Translations under genes and position numbers: made by a program
Notes under the pieces: generated by a model
Told to the model about the DNA's origin: nothing
What the model saw: the letters and a program-made list of their open reading frames with translations, nothing else
The model's database searches: none
Origin: Octopus bimaculoides
Lineage: Eukaryota
NCBI RefSeq assembly: GCF_001194135.2
Contig: NC_068992.1
Span: forward strand, 30,688,056-30,752,055
Reading direction: 5' to 3'
DNA length: 64,000 nt
Part shown: one piece after another, positions 13,156-25,306 of the stretch
How the letters are laid out: each line of letters begins with the position of its first letter
How positions within the stretch are numbered: position 1 is the stretch's first letter

Positions 13156-13936
13156 NNNNNNNNNNNNNNNNNNNNNNNNNNNNNNNNNNNNNNNNNNNNN
13201 NNNNNNNNNNNNNNNNNNNNNNNNNNNNNNNNNNNNNNNNNNNNNNNNNNNNNNNNNNNNNNNNNNNNNNNNNNNNNNNNNNNNNNNNNNNNNNNNNNNN
13301 NNNNNNNNNNNNNNNNNNNNNNNNNNNNNNNNNNNNNNNNNNNNNNNNNNNNNNNNNNNNNNNNNNNNNNNNNNNNNNNNNNNNNNNNNNNNNNNNNNNN
13401 NNNNNNNNNNNNNNNNNNNNNNNNNNNNNNNNNNNNNNNNNNNNNNNNNNNNNNNNNNNNNNNNNNNNNNNNNNNNNNNNNNNNNNNNNNNNNNNNNNNN
13501 NNNNNNNNNNNNNNNNNNNNNNNNNNNNNNNNNNNNNNNNNNNNNNNNNNNNNNNNNNNNNNNNNNNNNNNNNNNNNNNNNNNNNNNNNNNNNNNNNNNN
13601 NNNNNNNNNNNNNNNNNNNNNNNNNNNNNNNNNNNNNNNNNNNNNNNNNNNNNNNNNNNNNNNNNNNNNNNNNNNNNNNNNNNNNNNNNNNNNNNNNNNN
13701 NNNNNNNNNNNNNNNNNNNNNNNNNNNNNNNNNNNNNNNNNNNNNNNNNNNNNNNNNNNNNNNNNNNNNNNNNNNNNNNNNNNNNNNNNNNNNNNNNNNN
13801 NNNNNNNNNNNNNNNNNNNNNNNNNNNNNNNNNNNNNNNNNNNNNNNNNNNNNNNNNNNNNNNNNNNNNNNNNNNNNNNNNNNNNNNNNNNNNNNNNNNN
13901 NNNNNNNNNNNNNNNNNNNNNNNNNNNNNNNNNNNN
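13156..13936. other. Assembly gap
   Basis: N-run. Confidence 0.99.
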
Positions 13937-14208
13937 ATATATGCACGAAAATTAATTTTCGCAAGGATAGAAGCATAGAGATATTTTATGGAAAATTTAG
14001 ATAGAAAATTTCAGTAAATACTTATATTTACTTAACCGGTTTCCGTATTTCATTAATTTCAAAAGAAGTACGATACAAGAAACAACAGTCCATCATTGGT
14101 CTCTTGCTCTATATGCGTAGAGATACGTGCATGCAAGTATGCATTCATATACATAGAAGTATACCTGTTTTTGTATGTGTGAGCTTATATGTACATATAT
14201 AAATTCAC

Positions 14209-14242
<34 letters not shown>

Positions 14243-14244
<2 letters not shown>

Positions 14245-14417
14245 GAGAATATACAAAAAATAACAACAGACGAGGANNNNNNNNNNGGTGTAAATAACAA
14301 AAGTATATATTAGTATGACGCTCGGGAATACGGAAAGTCTTTGACGTTTCGAGCTACGCTCTTCAACAGAAAGAATACGGAGACAAGGAGAAAAACACGG
14401 AGAAAAAAAAAAAATTG

Positions 14418-14420
<3 letters not shown>
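14243..14420 (-). mobile_element. Probable Penelope-like pLTR or retrozyme remnant inserted in (TA)n
   Basis: About 180-bp non-repetitive island between two (TA)n tracts that contains a minimal type I hammerhead motif. The Penelope assignment is inferred from the motif. Confidence 0.6.
14339..14373 (-). ncRNA. Minimal type I hammerhead ribozyme motif with core variant CUGUUGA
   Basis: Minus strand: CUUU-CUGUUGA-A-GAGC(GUA)GCUC-GAAAC-GUC-AAAG. Stem I is CUUU/AAAG, stem II is GAGC/GCUC, helix III is the palindrome ACGU, and the cleavage triplet is GUC. Confidence 0.75.
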
Positions 14421-14452
<32 letters not shown>

Positions 14453-15317
14453 TGAGAGAGCATAATAGGTTGTGATGTTATATGTATGGGAGAGAGAAAG
14501 GTTACAGAGATAGAGTGAGGAAGAGAGAACAGTGATTATTCTGCATTATTCTCGTGATAATTTCTACCACGTACTTTGATATTACCACATTCCGATGCTG
14601 AATAATATTGATTTCTGTGACTTCCTACGTCTTGAGATATCAATCCTTCAGGCTATCTGTTGTCTGAAGCTTTTCCTTCTCTTTGGTGTATATTACGAAC
14701 TTTTTTCAAGTAACATTTATATATTGTGATCATTGTAAATGTATTTAAATTCATCAATATTGTATATAATAGAAATGGAATGTGTAAGTAATGTAATATG
14801 CATTGTATTATTTGTTATACAATATATTTTACAGTGAGGCTTGATAGATTGTTCAACTTTATGGTTTTCAGCTATTCTGCATTTACTAATACAATATCAC
14901 TTTCGCTTTCATATGTATGTGTAAATTGCATAAGGTATAATAAATACAATTAAACATATACTGTTATATAAATTTGCACACACAAACACACGCATACATA
15001 CACACATAGGCACACGCACATAAACACGAACATGCATACACATATTCTAGAATCCAGCATTAAGTAAACGTTGGTGACATTTTGATGTTAAAAACAAGGA
15101 CAGACCTATCATCGTAGGAATATTCAGGGATAACACAGTCATTAGCTTTTACTAAAAATGTTCATGCGCAGCAAATCCTCTCTGTGTATGGCTTTGCATT
15201 ACATGCAGATACTAGTTTTGGTACTTCTCGAAGTCATTTATGACTATTCTCGCAGGTAATTTGATATTGTCCTTAGGTAATGTTTTATATCAAAACAATA
15301 TTGCGAATTACAAATAA

Positions 15318-18016
15318 TATAATAAATAATGACTTTTTTTGAATTCCCGTCTATTTTGATTAGTGCACTTAGTGTCCAGTTAAGGATATTTTAGCACTAA
15401 CTTATAACTGGGTCGGCTACAGTGTTGATACCTACTATCTTGCTTTTCGCATTGAGCTCTGTTTTCAATATTAATCTCTAACTCGTCTATAGTATTTTTT
15501 TTTCTCTTTCATTTGTGAGTTGTACCTTATCAGGTCCATTGATTCCTAATTATCTGTATGTCTTGTTTTGGTCTAATTCACTAATTTCATTTGCTTCATC
15601 TAGTATGATGTTGCTACTCTGGTCAGGTTTTTCTCTTTTCATGGTTACTTCGGCACATTTTTCTATGCCTAATTTCATGTTTATTTCTTGCGTAAATCCA
15701 TTCGCTGTCTGTAGTAATGTTTCTCGCTGTTTATCATTTGTGGCGTACAGTTTTAGGTCACCTATATAAAAGAGGTGGCTGACTGTTTTGCCGTATCATT
15801 TGTACTCACATCCACTTCTGCTTAGCATGTCAGATAAAGGTGTCAGTGCTAAGCAGAGAAAAAGTGGAGAGATTGTATCTCACTGGAATATTCCTGTTCT
15901 AAAGGGGATGGCTTTGATTTTTACAAGTCCGTCTTTTGTTTGGAGCTGTAGCACTGTCTGCCATTTATTCATGGAATGTGGTATGTCTTATGCTACCTTG
16001 ATCATGGCTAGTGTTTCTACGATCCACATGAAGTGAATACTATCGAAAGCCTTTCGGTAATCTATCCAGGCCATACTTAGACCCAACTTTCTGCGGTGTC
16101 TTCAGTTCAGTTATGGCTTGATCGATCATTAATTGATCTTTACAGCCGTATGAGCCCTTGCAGCATCCTTTCTGCTCTCGTGGTAACTGGTTGTTTTTTT
16201 CCAGATGCTTGCCCATTCACTGCGATATTATTCAAATAAAGGCTTTGAAAATTGTTGGGAGACAAGATATTGGTCTGTAATTTTGTGCGTTTGCCGTTTC
16301 AGTGTATCTTGAATTAGGATACTTCTCTCTTCCGTGAGCTTTCCAGGCATTGTCTCTAACTCTGCTAGTATCTTATTAACTTTCTCAGCCAGCATTTTAT
16401 GTGTTCCTGTCAGATATTTGAACCAAATGCTTGAGATCTTATCGCACCCAGGTGCCTTCCTGTTACTTAGCTTTTGAAGGGCCTGTGTGACTTCTTCTCT
16501 TGTTATTGGAGTCCAGAGTTGTTCAGGTGCTGAGTTCGTTGATTTGAGGTTGTTCATTCGCCGACCCTATTTCTTTCCAAAATTCTTCCATTTCTTCTAC
16601 TGTTGGTGCTGCATTGATATCAATTTAATTTTTGCCAAGTTCTTCGTAGAATCATTTAGAATTGGAGTTGAACTGTTTTGTTGCAAGAAACGTTGGCGTT
16701 TCTCATACCGGCGGTTTCTTTGTGCTTTGGCGAGGATATCTTACTTTAACCGTTCTTTCACCTCAGGTATACCTTTTTCTGTAATTTTATAATTACACTG
16801 TATTATTATTCTCTTCTTCTTGGTTAGTATTGTTGATTGTATACTAATTTCGCTAAGGATTGACAGATCTTTTCTATTGTTTTCTATTTTTGTTTTATAT
16901 CATTTATCCACAGGATTGTTTGGGTGGTGGTAGTCTTGTTTGGATGGGTTTCAGGGAGTATCTAGCTTCTTTTGTGGTTACAGTGGCTATTGCATATATT
17001 ATGTAATTTAACCTGATCATATTGGCATTTTTTTCAGTGGCTATTAGTTCTGTGACGGTCAGATCATGCTATTCATTATTGATGTTGTATTAGTATCAAT
17101 TTTAAAATTCGGGAGAGACAATTGGTGGTCCATACTGAGGTCTGTTCTCATTTTTTTGATTATGCGCATTTTTAGAATATCATAATCATTAGGTTCACCT
17201 TCACTTTTTCCAGGTTTTAGGTTTGTTTTGTATTCCCTCCCGTTCAGCTTTGTGTCTGTGGTGTTCTCGTTTGCTCATCATTATACATTCCTATGGTCTC
17301 GATTCGTTGTCTTTCGTTGTTTACTTCGCTTTTGTTGGAAATGTCTCGCCTATTTCCGCGTTTCACAGTCTCATTGTTTATGATATTATTTGTTATTGCT
17401 GTGTGGTTACTATCTACGTTTTCCTTATGTAGTTTTCCAATTAAGAGTTCCATTTCTATTTCTGATATATGTTTTGTTTTGAGAATATATATTCATATGT
17501 TACCTAGTTTATTAGGAGTCATTGCTGTATCCAAGTCTTTAGCTAGGTTATTCCCCGCCCCCAGATTTTATATGTATATGCTGTGGTGTTGTCGTTCTTT
17601 GGGTAGAATTGATAAAATAAGCGTGTAGTATAGACATATATCGATCATTTATGCATTTTTGATTTTATTTGCTAGACATGAGAAATAACCTCCGGCCTTT
17701 TATTTTGACGGTCATCATTTTCGTAGGGTACCGGACCGTGAATTTCTGGTGTGAAATGGTTTTACACGTGTAGTTTTTCGTACATTTTGTGTAACATGTT
17801 TAAAGTATTGTTATTCTTGGGCTGAATAATACAGGTCTTATTCAATTTTTAAAAAATAATTTTGTGCATGGTGTTTGGGGTCGGAGATGGTGTGATGTTG
17901 ATGGGATCGTAATGTGGCGAGCGTGCTTCCGTCTGCTGTGCGGGCAATGGAGGTGATACACAGTTAAAATGCATCATTTAACTTGGAAAATAGAAATAAA
18001 TTCCAATGTGTGTAAC
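15318..18016 (-). mobile_element. R4/Dong-clade retrotransposon, family C: N-terminus through RT, 3' truncated (no CCHC/REL), many stops and frameshifts
   Basis: Minus frames give ..ILAKAQRNRRYEKRQRF.., ..NRKAPGCDKISSIWFKYL.., ..EQKGCCKGSYGCKDQLMIDQAI.., ..MAWIDYRKAFDS.., ..GIFQ*DTISPLFLCLAL.., ..SHLFYIGDLKLYA.. and ..MKLGIEKCA... Its 5' part matches 36085-36740. Confidence 0.9.
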
Positions 18017-18056
<40 letters not shown>

Positions 18057-18116
18057 TTAATTCTTCTTCTTCTTCTTCTTCTTCTTCTTCTTCTTCTTCT
18101 TCTTCTTCTTCTTCTT

Positions 18117-18193
<77 letters not shown>

Positions 18194-18195
18194 TA
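18016..18195. repeat. Compound (AAT)n-(TTC)n-(TTA)n array between two R4 elements
   Basis: Direct reading. Confidence 0.97.
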
Positions 18196-21100
18196 TTTTG
18201 TCTATTATGAAAGACTCTCGGATAGTTTTTAATTGCCGGTTATTCTTTACTTAAAAGCAGGCAATAACAAATCACCAAACGTTTCAACTAGTGCCTTCTG
18301 TTGTGACTTAAAGAGACAATACGCTCCCTAGAATGCAAACTGTACCTAACAATGCTGTCTTCTGGATTACTTTGATGCTGTCAGCAGCTCCAATATTCTT
18401 AATATGTGTTTCAAAGCACATGGAAACTGCTTCTAAAGCACCAATTACCACCGGTATCACCATTACTTTCCTCATGCCCATAACTTTCCTTTCTCGTCCT
18501 GCAGTGGCTGGTATTACTCAATTCTTTCTGCTTCCTTACCTTTCAACCTCGAATCGCCTTGTATTGAAACATTTATTATATTTAATTGTATTTCATTTTT
18601 ATGGATGAGCACGATATCTGGTCGTCTTACCTCTAAGACTTGATCGCACTACACGTTAAAATACCAGAGTATTTTGTAATATTCGTTTTCCATTACTCCC
18701 TCTGGCTTGTATTCATATTATTGTTCGGCTCTCTGGAGGTTTGCTTTGCCGCACAACAGCCAGTGGACATATCTGGCCACATCGTCGTCTCCGTTCGTAT
18801 TCGCGTTTTCCGAGCTTACAGCACTCATTAACAATATGGGTTATACTTTCTCCTTTCTCAGAGCACATCTTACATTGTGTCGAGTCAGCGCTTTTACCAA
18901 TGTGATATTTGGAGTAGATTGTTCTGCGAGCTTGTTCTTGAGCGCTGCACATTCATGCTTCAGTGGATCTTTTTAAATCACCTGTCTGAAGTCATTGCCA
19001 AGTCCTATTCCAATCAATCTCATCTTTATTTTTCAAGAACTGACTTTGGCTTTAATTGTCCTACCAAATTTTCTTCATCTGTTCTCTCTGGTTTCTCTTA
19101 AATTCCGTTAAATCTACGGCTTCATTCATTTTTAAGGTACCTTGCATTTTCATTGCTTCAATCATTTCTTCTTTACTTCCATTGACATACGAAGCTCGGC
19201 TAATCACCTCTTCTCTTAAACCAACCATAACAATACACAGATCCCCGTCCTCCTTCTTTCCTCTTTACATAAAATCTTGACACATCACTCTTGGGGTGTA
19301 GTTCCTTGTTCATTTTCATTGATTTACGTGTTCTCCAGTCCATCTCTTCTAATTCATGCTTCTTCCAAAATACTATTCTTGTCCGATATCTCATCAGAGC
19401 AACAGCCCACGTGTCGATAACTCAAATCTTATGGTGGCCATTTAGCTTCGACTGGACCACAAGCTGAGTTCTCAAATACTCTTTCCTGTACATTTCTTTC
19501 ATCTTGTGTTCATTCATCTTACCTATTTCAATGATACCCAGATACGTATATCATTCCTCTCCGGCTTCCTTTATAGTTTCGCCACTTTACAACTTGATCC
19601 TATGGCTTTTACTGATTTCCTCCTCTTTTGAGAATCCTTACATAACCTTTCTTGATCCCAAATTCCATGCCAATATCTTTGCTAATGATCTGCACGTTTG
19701 CCATCAAATTCTTTATTTCTTTCTCAGTCTTAGCGAATAGCTTTAGGTCACCCGTAAACCACTCGTTGTTACCTTTCACTCTGCTTAGCATGTACTCCAA
19801 ACGTATCTTTCGTAAAACGCTCGTTACTGGCAGTATGCAGACAACAAATAGGAGAAGCGACAGACTTACCCCTTCAAGCATTCCTCTTTTGATATTTAAC
19901 TCTTTCAGGTTATCTCCCCATGCTGTGAGTTCAGTTCGCCACGTTGTCATTCAGGATATTGTGAGAGACCTTAAGCAATTTAATGTATTCAATAATCTGC
20001 GAGTGTGGAAGTATGTTATATGCTTTCCTCTATTCCTCCCATGCCATCGCCAAATGTTTCTGTCTTGTTGCAATCAGCCAGGATAGTCTTATCGATTAGT
20101 AATTGATCCCTTTGATCCTTCGTTCCTCTGCTCTTAAGTCTACACCCTTTTCGTTACACGGTAGTAGATCTTTCTTATCTAGTTACTTATAGATATTGTT
20201 TGATATAATGCCTGTCATCAGTTTCCACATGAGTAGAAAACGTTATTGGTCGGAAGTTTTCAACCACATTCAATTTACTTGGGTTCTTCTGGCTTAGTAC
20301 CGTTCTTCTTTTGGTCATCCAGGCCGGTACTTGGATGTCACTGCTCAGTATTTCGTGCAGCTTGTTCGCAATTCTCCTGGGCAGAGCTGTCAACTTTTTA
20401 AGCCAAAATCCCTGAACCCCATCTGGGCCAGGAGCTTTACGGTTAGAGATTTTTCTGGCTTTGATCTTTTATCATATCCTCGATTATTTTCAAATCTTCC
20501 TGCTGATACTCTCCTCTACTTCCTTTGAGTTACTTTAACCATTCTGCTTCAGTTTTGTGTTATTTCTCCTGAGACCCTATGTTTGACGAGAATCAATTGC
20601 TTTCTTCATCAACCGGCACGGCTTTTCACCTTTCTATTTCCCATCCAGTTCCTAATTGACTCGTTTCTGGTTTTGTTCGAAAAGTCTCTTTAATCTTTAT
20701 TGCTCAATTCTCTCTTCATATTGCTTTAGTATATGTGCTTTAGTTTATGTTCTTTAGCTTTTAATCTCTGTTTTAATTCCTCAATCACAGCGTTGATTGC
20801 CTTTCTCTTCACCCTATACATCATCCCTAGCTCAACATATTTCTTTCGCTGAACTTCAATTCTCATTTTCCGTTCCAGAGTTTTAATATGCTTTCTGGCT
20901 TGGTAATTCTCCTTTTCCATCATGGTTCCTTCAGGTTATGTTGACATTTACCTTTGGCTTTCAAACCTAATTTCCGAGCTATAAAGATCGAGATTGGATT
21001 TATAATATTTTTGGTGTCTGTGATGTTCTTGGCCCTGATACCACCAGTGATATCATTTATCTTCCTGACCCATTCATAGAGTTTATGTCTGTCTACATTT

Positions 21101-22066
21101 TTAAATCCCATATGGAGGCTCTGTTCACCCGAGCTACAAATATCAATGATTTTATTTAATTGGACATATGCTCCTCGGTTCTCTCATCGCCTTCCTGATC
21201 AAAAATCTCAGCCGTATGCTCGTTTTCTTCCTTTAACTTCATTGCCATAGTTTCATTATCTGCATTTTCTTCCTCATCCTTCCATTCAACGCTTTCCAGC
21301 TCAGCTTGGTCACACAGAATTTGTTCGCTTAAGTCGTATAGGCCTTCGTCGCTCCATGTTCTGTGCATTATTTTCCTCTATCCCCTAGCGTGTACTTCAT
21401 TATCATTTCTCGGATTACCTAGAAAATAGTACTTCATTGCAACCATATTCATTTCTTTCGTTCACCTTTTAGCAGTTGCTTGATAAGGCTTGGGCACACG
21501 CTGCTCACCCTTGGGATACGCATCTGGTGAGAGCCCTTCACAAGGTGTTCCAGCCCCATTCACGCCGTTCTCATTTCTATTTTTATTTGACATTTCAGCG
21601 CTCATGGTGAGGTTTAGTGAATTTTAGGTTGCATAACAACTAGTAATTTTCCCGTGACACCATCACTGACAGGATTCCTGTAATCCTGGTTTAATTTTTG
21701 GAGTTCCCGTTTCCTAGAAGGGATGTTCAAGCATTATGATTCCTTCTGCCCCTTAGGTATGATATATAAGGTATATGCTAGTTTGATCACCGTCGCCTCG
21801 TAAGTATCGTTAGCGTTTATAAAGTCGCTTTGTTCTTCCGCTAGGGTGTGAAAATAGCAAGAAACACACACCCTCCTCAGAGAGCAAGCTTTGCGGGGTT
21901 GCTGGCTTAGTTGCCGACGTCCCGACCGAAAAAAGAAAAAAAAAGTTCCTCGCTCTCAGGTTAAAAACGGGAAGGGGTTGTGGTGGTTGCATTGGCCTCA
22001 TAGTAAAGCAGTTTTTTTCATTACAGTAGCTAGATGGTTATATTTTGAGATAATAAACCGACAAAA
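18192..22066 (-). mobile_element. Near full-length but inactivated R4/Dong-clade retrotransposon, family A
   Basis: ATG at 21605 (caccATGa) to stop at 18308, about 1100 codons disrupted by stops and frameshifts. Motifs: N-terminal ..KR*TKEMNMVAMKYY..SEQILCDQA.., RT ..VENFRPIT.., ..IIDKTILADC.., ..GDLKLFAK..IGMEFGIKK.., ..ELHPKSDVSRFYVKRKEGGRG.., CCHC CKMC-x8-H-x4-C, and REL C-terminus ..VIPVVIGALEAV..IQKTALLGT... 5' UTR about 460 nt, 3' UTR about 115 nt, TTA arrays on both sides. Confidence 0.92.
18308..21605 (-). pseudogene. Disrupted single ORF of the family A R4/Dong element (RT-CCHC-REL)
   Basis: ORF-track fragments 21156..21368, 20920..21111, 20726..20923, 20187..20393, 19609..19950, 19200..19394 and 18713..18952 lie in the expected domain order. 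Confidence 0.85.
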
Positions 22067-22087
22067 TTATTATTATTATTAATATTA

Positions 22088-22151
<64 letters not shown>

Positions 22152-22157
22152 TATTAT
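22066..22157. repeat. (TTA)n array separating R4 elements A and B
   Basis: Direct reading. Confidence 0.97.
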
Positions 22158-23815
22158 TTACGCTGTATCTATTTGTGACGAATGCGAGAAAGTAATTTGA
22201 ACAGAAAAGTAATTTGAGTCCAGATATGTATTTTGGTATTGAGGCGCAATGGGGACATTGATATTGATTTTGCCTCGATTTGGGCAAGTGTGTATTTTGG
22301 TTGCAGAATATAGTCCTCAGAGTCTTTTCCTTTTTATTATTATCTTTAACTTTAAACTACTACTTCACACTTCAAACACGCATGCGTCGAAACCGACGGG
22401 AGTGAACATTCTTATTGTTTACATTTTACTTCTCAGAGTTCTTGATTTTACTTGCTGGGCTATTCTACAAGTGAGGGCAAATACCTATTTCTCACAAGAT
22501 GACTTTCCAGGATACTTAACATCCAATTACTAGCCTCACTGTCTCCAATAAAGCAGTTTTCAGAGCATATTCTACCCTCATGCCAATCCCAGTTTCATCT
22601 ACAATTTCTCAAATATGGTTGTTAATGCTCCCAGTGATCTTACAGCTATTAGGATGTCAGTTACTTCATTGCCCACATTCGTGCACTCTCATCTTTTTAG
22701 TGGCTTGCATTCTTCAATCTTTTCCAGCTTGTTGTCATCCCCTCGTTCATTCCCAGGTATGACAATAACTATGATCTTGGTCACCTTCATCATTTTGTCA
22801 ACTTCAACTATGTTTGTTTCCAGTTCATCAATCACTGAATTACACTGGATTGTGAAATCCTACAAGATCATTATTCTTGGTAATGCCTTATATTTTATGT
22901 TTATACCATTTCAATTTTCTTTTAAGACTGTACGTCTCAAACCCTCTTCAATGAACATACCTAGCTACGTTATCATAAATCCGTTTTGTGTACTGTTCGA
23001 GATAAATTCCAACACTTACTATGAGATTGTTTTGTTTTTGTGGCTTACATCTTACAAAGGGCTGATTTGAAGCTCTTATCTATTTGGAATTTGGTGTAAT
23101 TCGTTCTCAGAGCCTGCAACAGAGCGCTGAATGTCAAGCCTCTGCATCCTTTCATATCACTTTTCCCTAGCCATCTCCAGATGTTGATCTCGTTTCTCCC
23201 TTCCATTTCTCTCAAGTATCATGCATCAGTTTTTTTTTGTTTTTTTTTACATTTGTTCAAACCTTGTTCTAGATTTTATTTCTGAAATGGTTTTAGGTGT
23301 CACATTTTCACTAGGTAAAGCGTCGCTATCTTTAACAGCAACAACCATACCTTCAGTATGTTGTTTTACATAACATCCCACACTGTTCTCGCTGGCAACG
23401 TAGATGTTGCAGCCTATGAGATCAACTCCTCCACTGTCTCTAGGCACGTATAGTCTATCGATTTCACTCTTAGCGTGCAGTTCGTTGTTTGTTGTCATCA
23501 TATTCCTGGTTTTTCAGTCTAATTCCTCAAGTTCATTGTTTGTCAATCTCACAATACCAGCGACAAATCACATTAAAGAGACAGCCTATGTTCTCATTTC
23601 CTTCATCTTGTTCTATCAATTGTGTCAACGTTCCACAATAAAGTTGAATTTCTTGATTTCTTCTCGCCTAAAACTTTCCTTTATCCCAATCTTTAGATTG
23701 TCATAATCCAAGATATACGAATATATATATCCATTCACCTCAAAATCCTAAATTCTATAGTCGTTGGGCAGTTCTCTGTCATCAGGCCTCCTGCCAATAG
23801 TAGGAAGGAATAGTG
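22158..23815 (-). mobile_element. 5'-truncated R4/Dong-clade retrotransposon, family B (RT thumb, CCHC relic, REL, 3' UTR about 330 nt)
   Basis: Minus frames give ..NELEELD*KTRNMMTTNNELHAKSEIDRLYVPRDSGG.., ..IWRWLGKSDMKGC.., ..DFTIQCNSVIDELETNIVEVDKMMKVTKII..IPGNERGDDNKLEKIE.. and ..VRSLGALTT... Confidence 0.88.
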
Positions 23816-23824
23816 TTATTGATA

Positions 23825-23972
23825 TTGTTGTTGTTGTTTTTCTTCTTCTTCTTCTTCTCCTCCTCCTTCTCCTCCCCCTCCTTCTTCTTTTTCTTCTTCT
23901 TCTTCTTCATCGTCGTCTTCTTCTTCTTCTTCTTCTTCTTCTTCATCTTCTTCTTCTTCTTCTTCTTCTTCT
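23825..23972. repeat. (TTG)n/(TTC)n array at the 5' junction of element B
   Basis: Direct reading. Confidence 0.95.
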
Positions 23973-24944
23973 TAATATTTTGCTGCTTAACTATTTTATT
24001 TTTGTATGATATTGCAAGGATAGCATAATTAGAAGTATTTGGAGTTATGCCAGCTTTTAATATTTGGAGACCCATAGGCACACGTAATTATATGCCAACA
24101 CACGCACTTATATATATATATATATACGCACACACATAAACACACACATGTAGAAATGTGAGCACATGTGTGGTCTGTATATAATTGCATGTTTATTTTT
24201 AAGTCTTACTATGTCTTACGAAATGTAACGAATAATCTTGCACCTTTTATGCAAGTAACAGCTATATTTCCTTAGATTACTTCAGTTTTCACAACTAAGG
24301 TTCTGCTAGAAAAAGTATTTAGATAAACCACACAGCATTTAAAACAACGAACATTCTTGCTCGGTTGAAGCACTTCCTTACGTCAAGACAACCGAAGACA
24401 CAGATTCAGCAGTCAGTTTGTTTGCACTACGTACACGTGCGGTATCTCGTAATTGATAGCATTGTGGGCCACGGGGTTTGGCAAATAAGTGATTTAATCA
24501 CGAACGAATCATCTGGTATCGAGGTAAGAACTATAGATTTCCACGTCCCAAGTAATTTCAATGGGTCTGAGTTGACAGAAACTGCGTGGAACCCAAATGA
24601 TGGATGACGTTTGTAATTCAAAGGCCGCATTATCTCGCATTGTTGCACGCTTCTACTATCTAATGACCAGGTTAAGTATAGAAATATGTGTATGCGAAAC
24701 ACAGCCGTTTATACTACAATTCAATAAGTACGTAATTACCTCTTTTGTTCAACCGGAACACTAGTCCTTGTAACGGAAATGCTTGTACTTATTTTAGCGC
24801 AGTCACCTGTTCTATCACCCAATGGAATCATTTTCTGTACAGCTTTTTTGCTAAGTCAAAAAATATATTAGTATAAATATCCCATTTTCAAGTCGGGTGT
24901 GAATTAATGTTGTGATTTTCATGAAAATGCTACTAAAATACAGT

Positions 24945-25306
24945 TCTATATTTAAGAGATGAGGAATTATGTACGTCATTTACATTATTTACATTTGACG
25001 GATATTTGTTCTCATCTTGTTTGTTTTTAGCACAACGTTTTGGCTGATATAGCCTCCAGCCTTCATGAGGTGTCTTGGGGAAATTTCGAACCTTGGTTCT
25101 CATTCCTAATGTATTTTTCGATGTTGTAGTTATTATTNNNNNNNNNNATTATTATTATTATTATTATTATTATCATTATTATTATAATTATTATTATTAT
25201 CATTATTATTATTATTATTATTATTATCATTATTATTATTATTATTATTATTATCATTATTATTATTCAGGTCACTGCCTGGAATCGATCTCGGAATCTT
25301 GGGGTT
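24945..25306 (-). mobile_element. Composite retroposon: tRNA-like head fragment, internal (AAT)n, and hammerhead-containing 3' tail
   Basis: Minus strand: AACCCCAAGATTCCGAGATCGATTCCAGGCAGTGACCTGA (B-box-like GATCGATTC, one mismatch), then (AAT)n containing a 10-N gap, then about 180 nt of unique tail with a degenerate hammerhead. Colinearity across the gap is assumed. Confidence 0.6.
25030..25073 (-). ncRNA. Degenerate minimal type I hammerhead, left copy
   Basis: Minus: ACAC-CUCAUGA-A-GGCUG(GAGGCUAUAU)CAGCC-AAAAC-GUU-GUGC. Stem II is intact; core changes are G5C and G12A. Confidence 0.6.

Noticed and set aside
21606-22066. HDV-like ribozyme in the family A 5' UTR
   Set aside because: I could not assign P1/P2/P3/L3/P1.1 pairings by eye; left as a search target only.
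23779-23785. Isolated CUGANGA heptamers (also 8107-8113 and 52175-52181)
   Set aside because: No downstream stem II plus GAAA; expected by chance.
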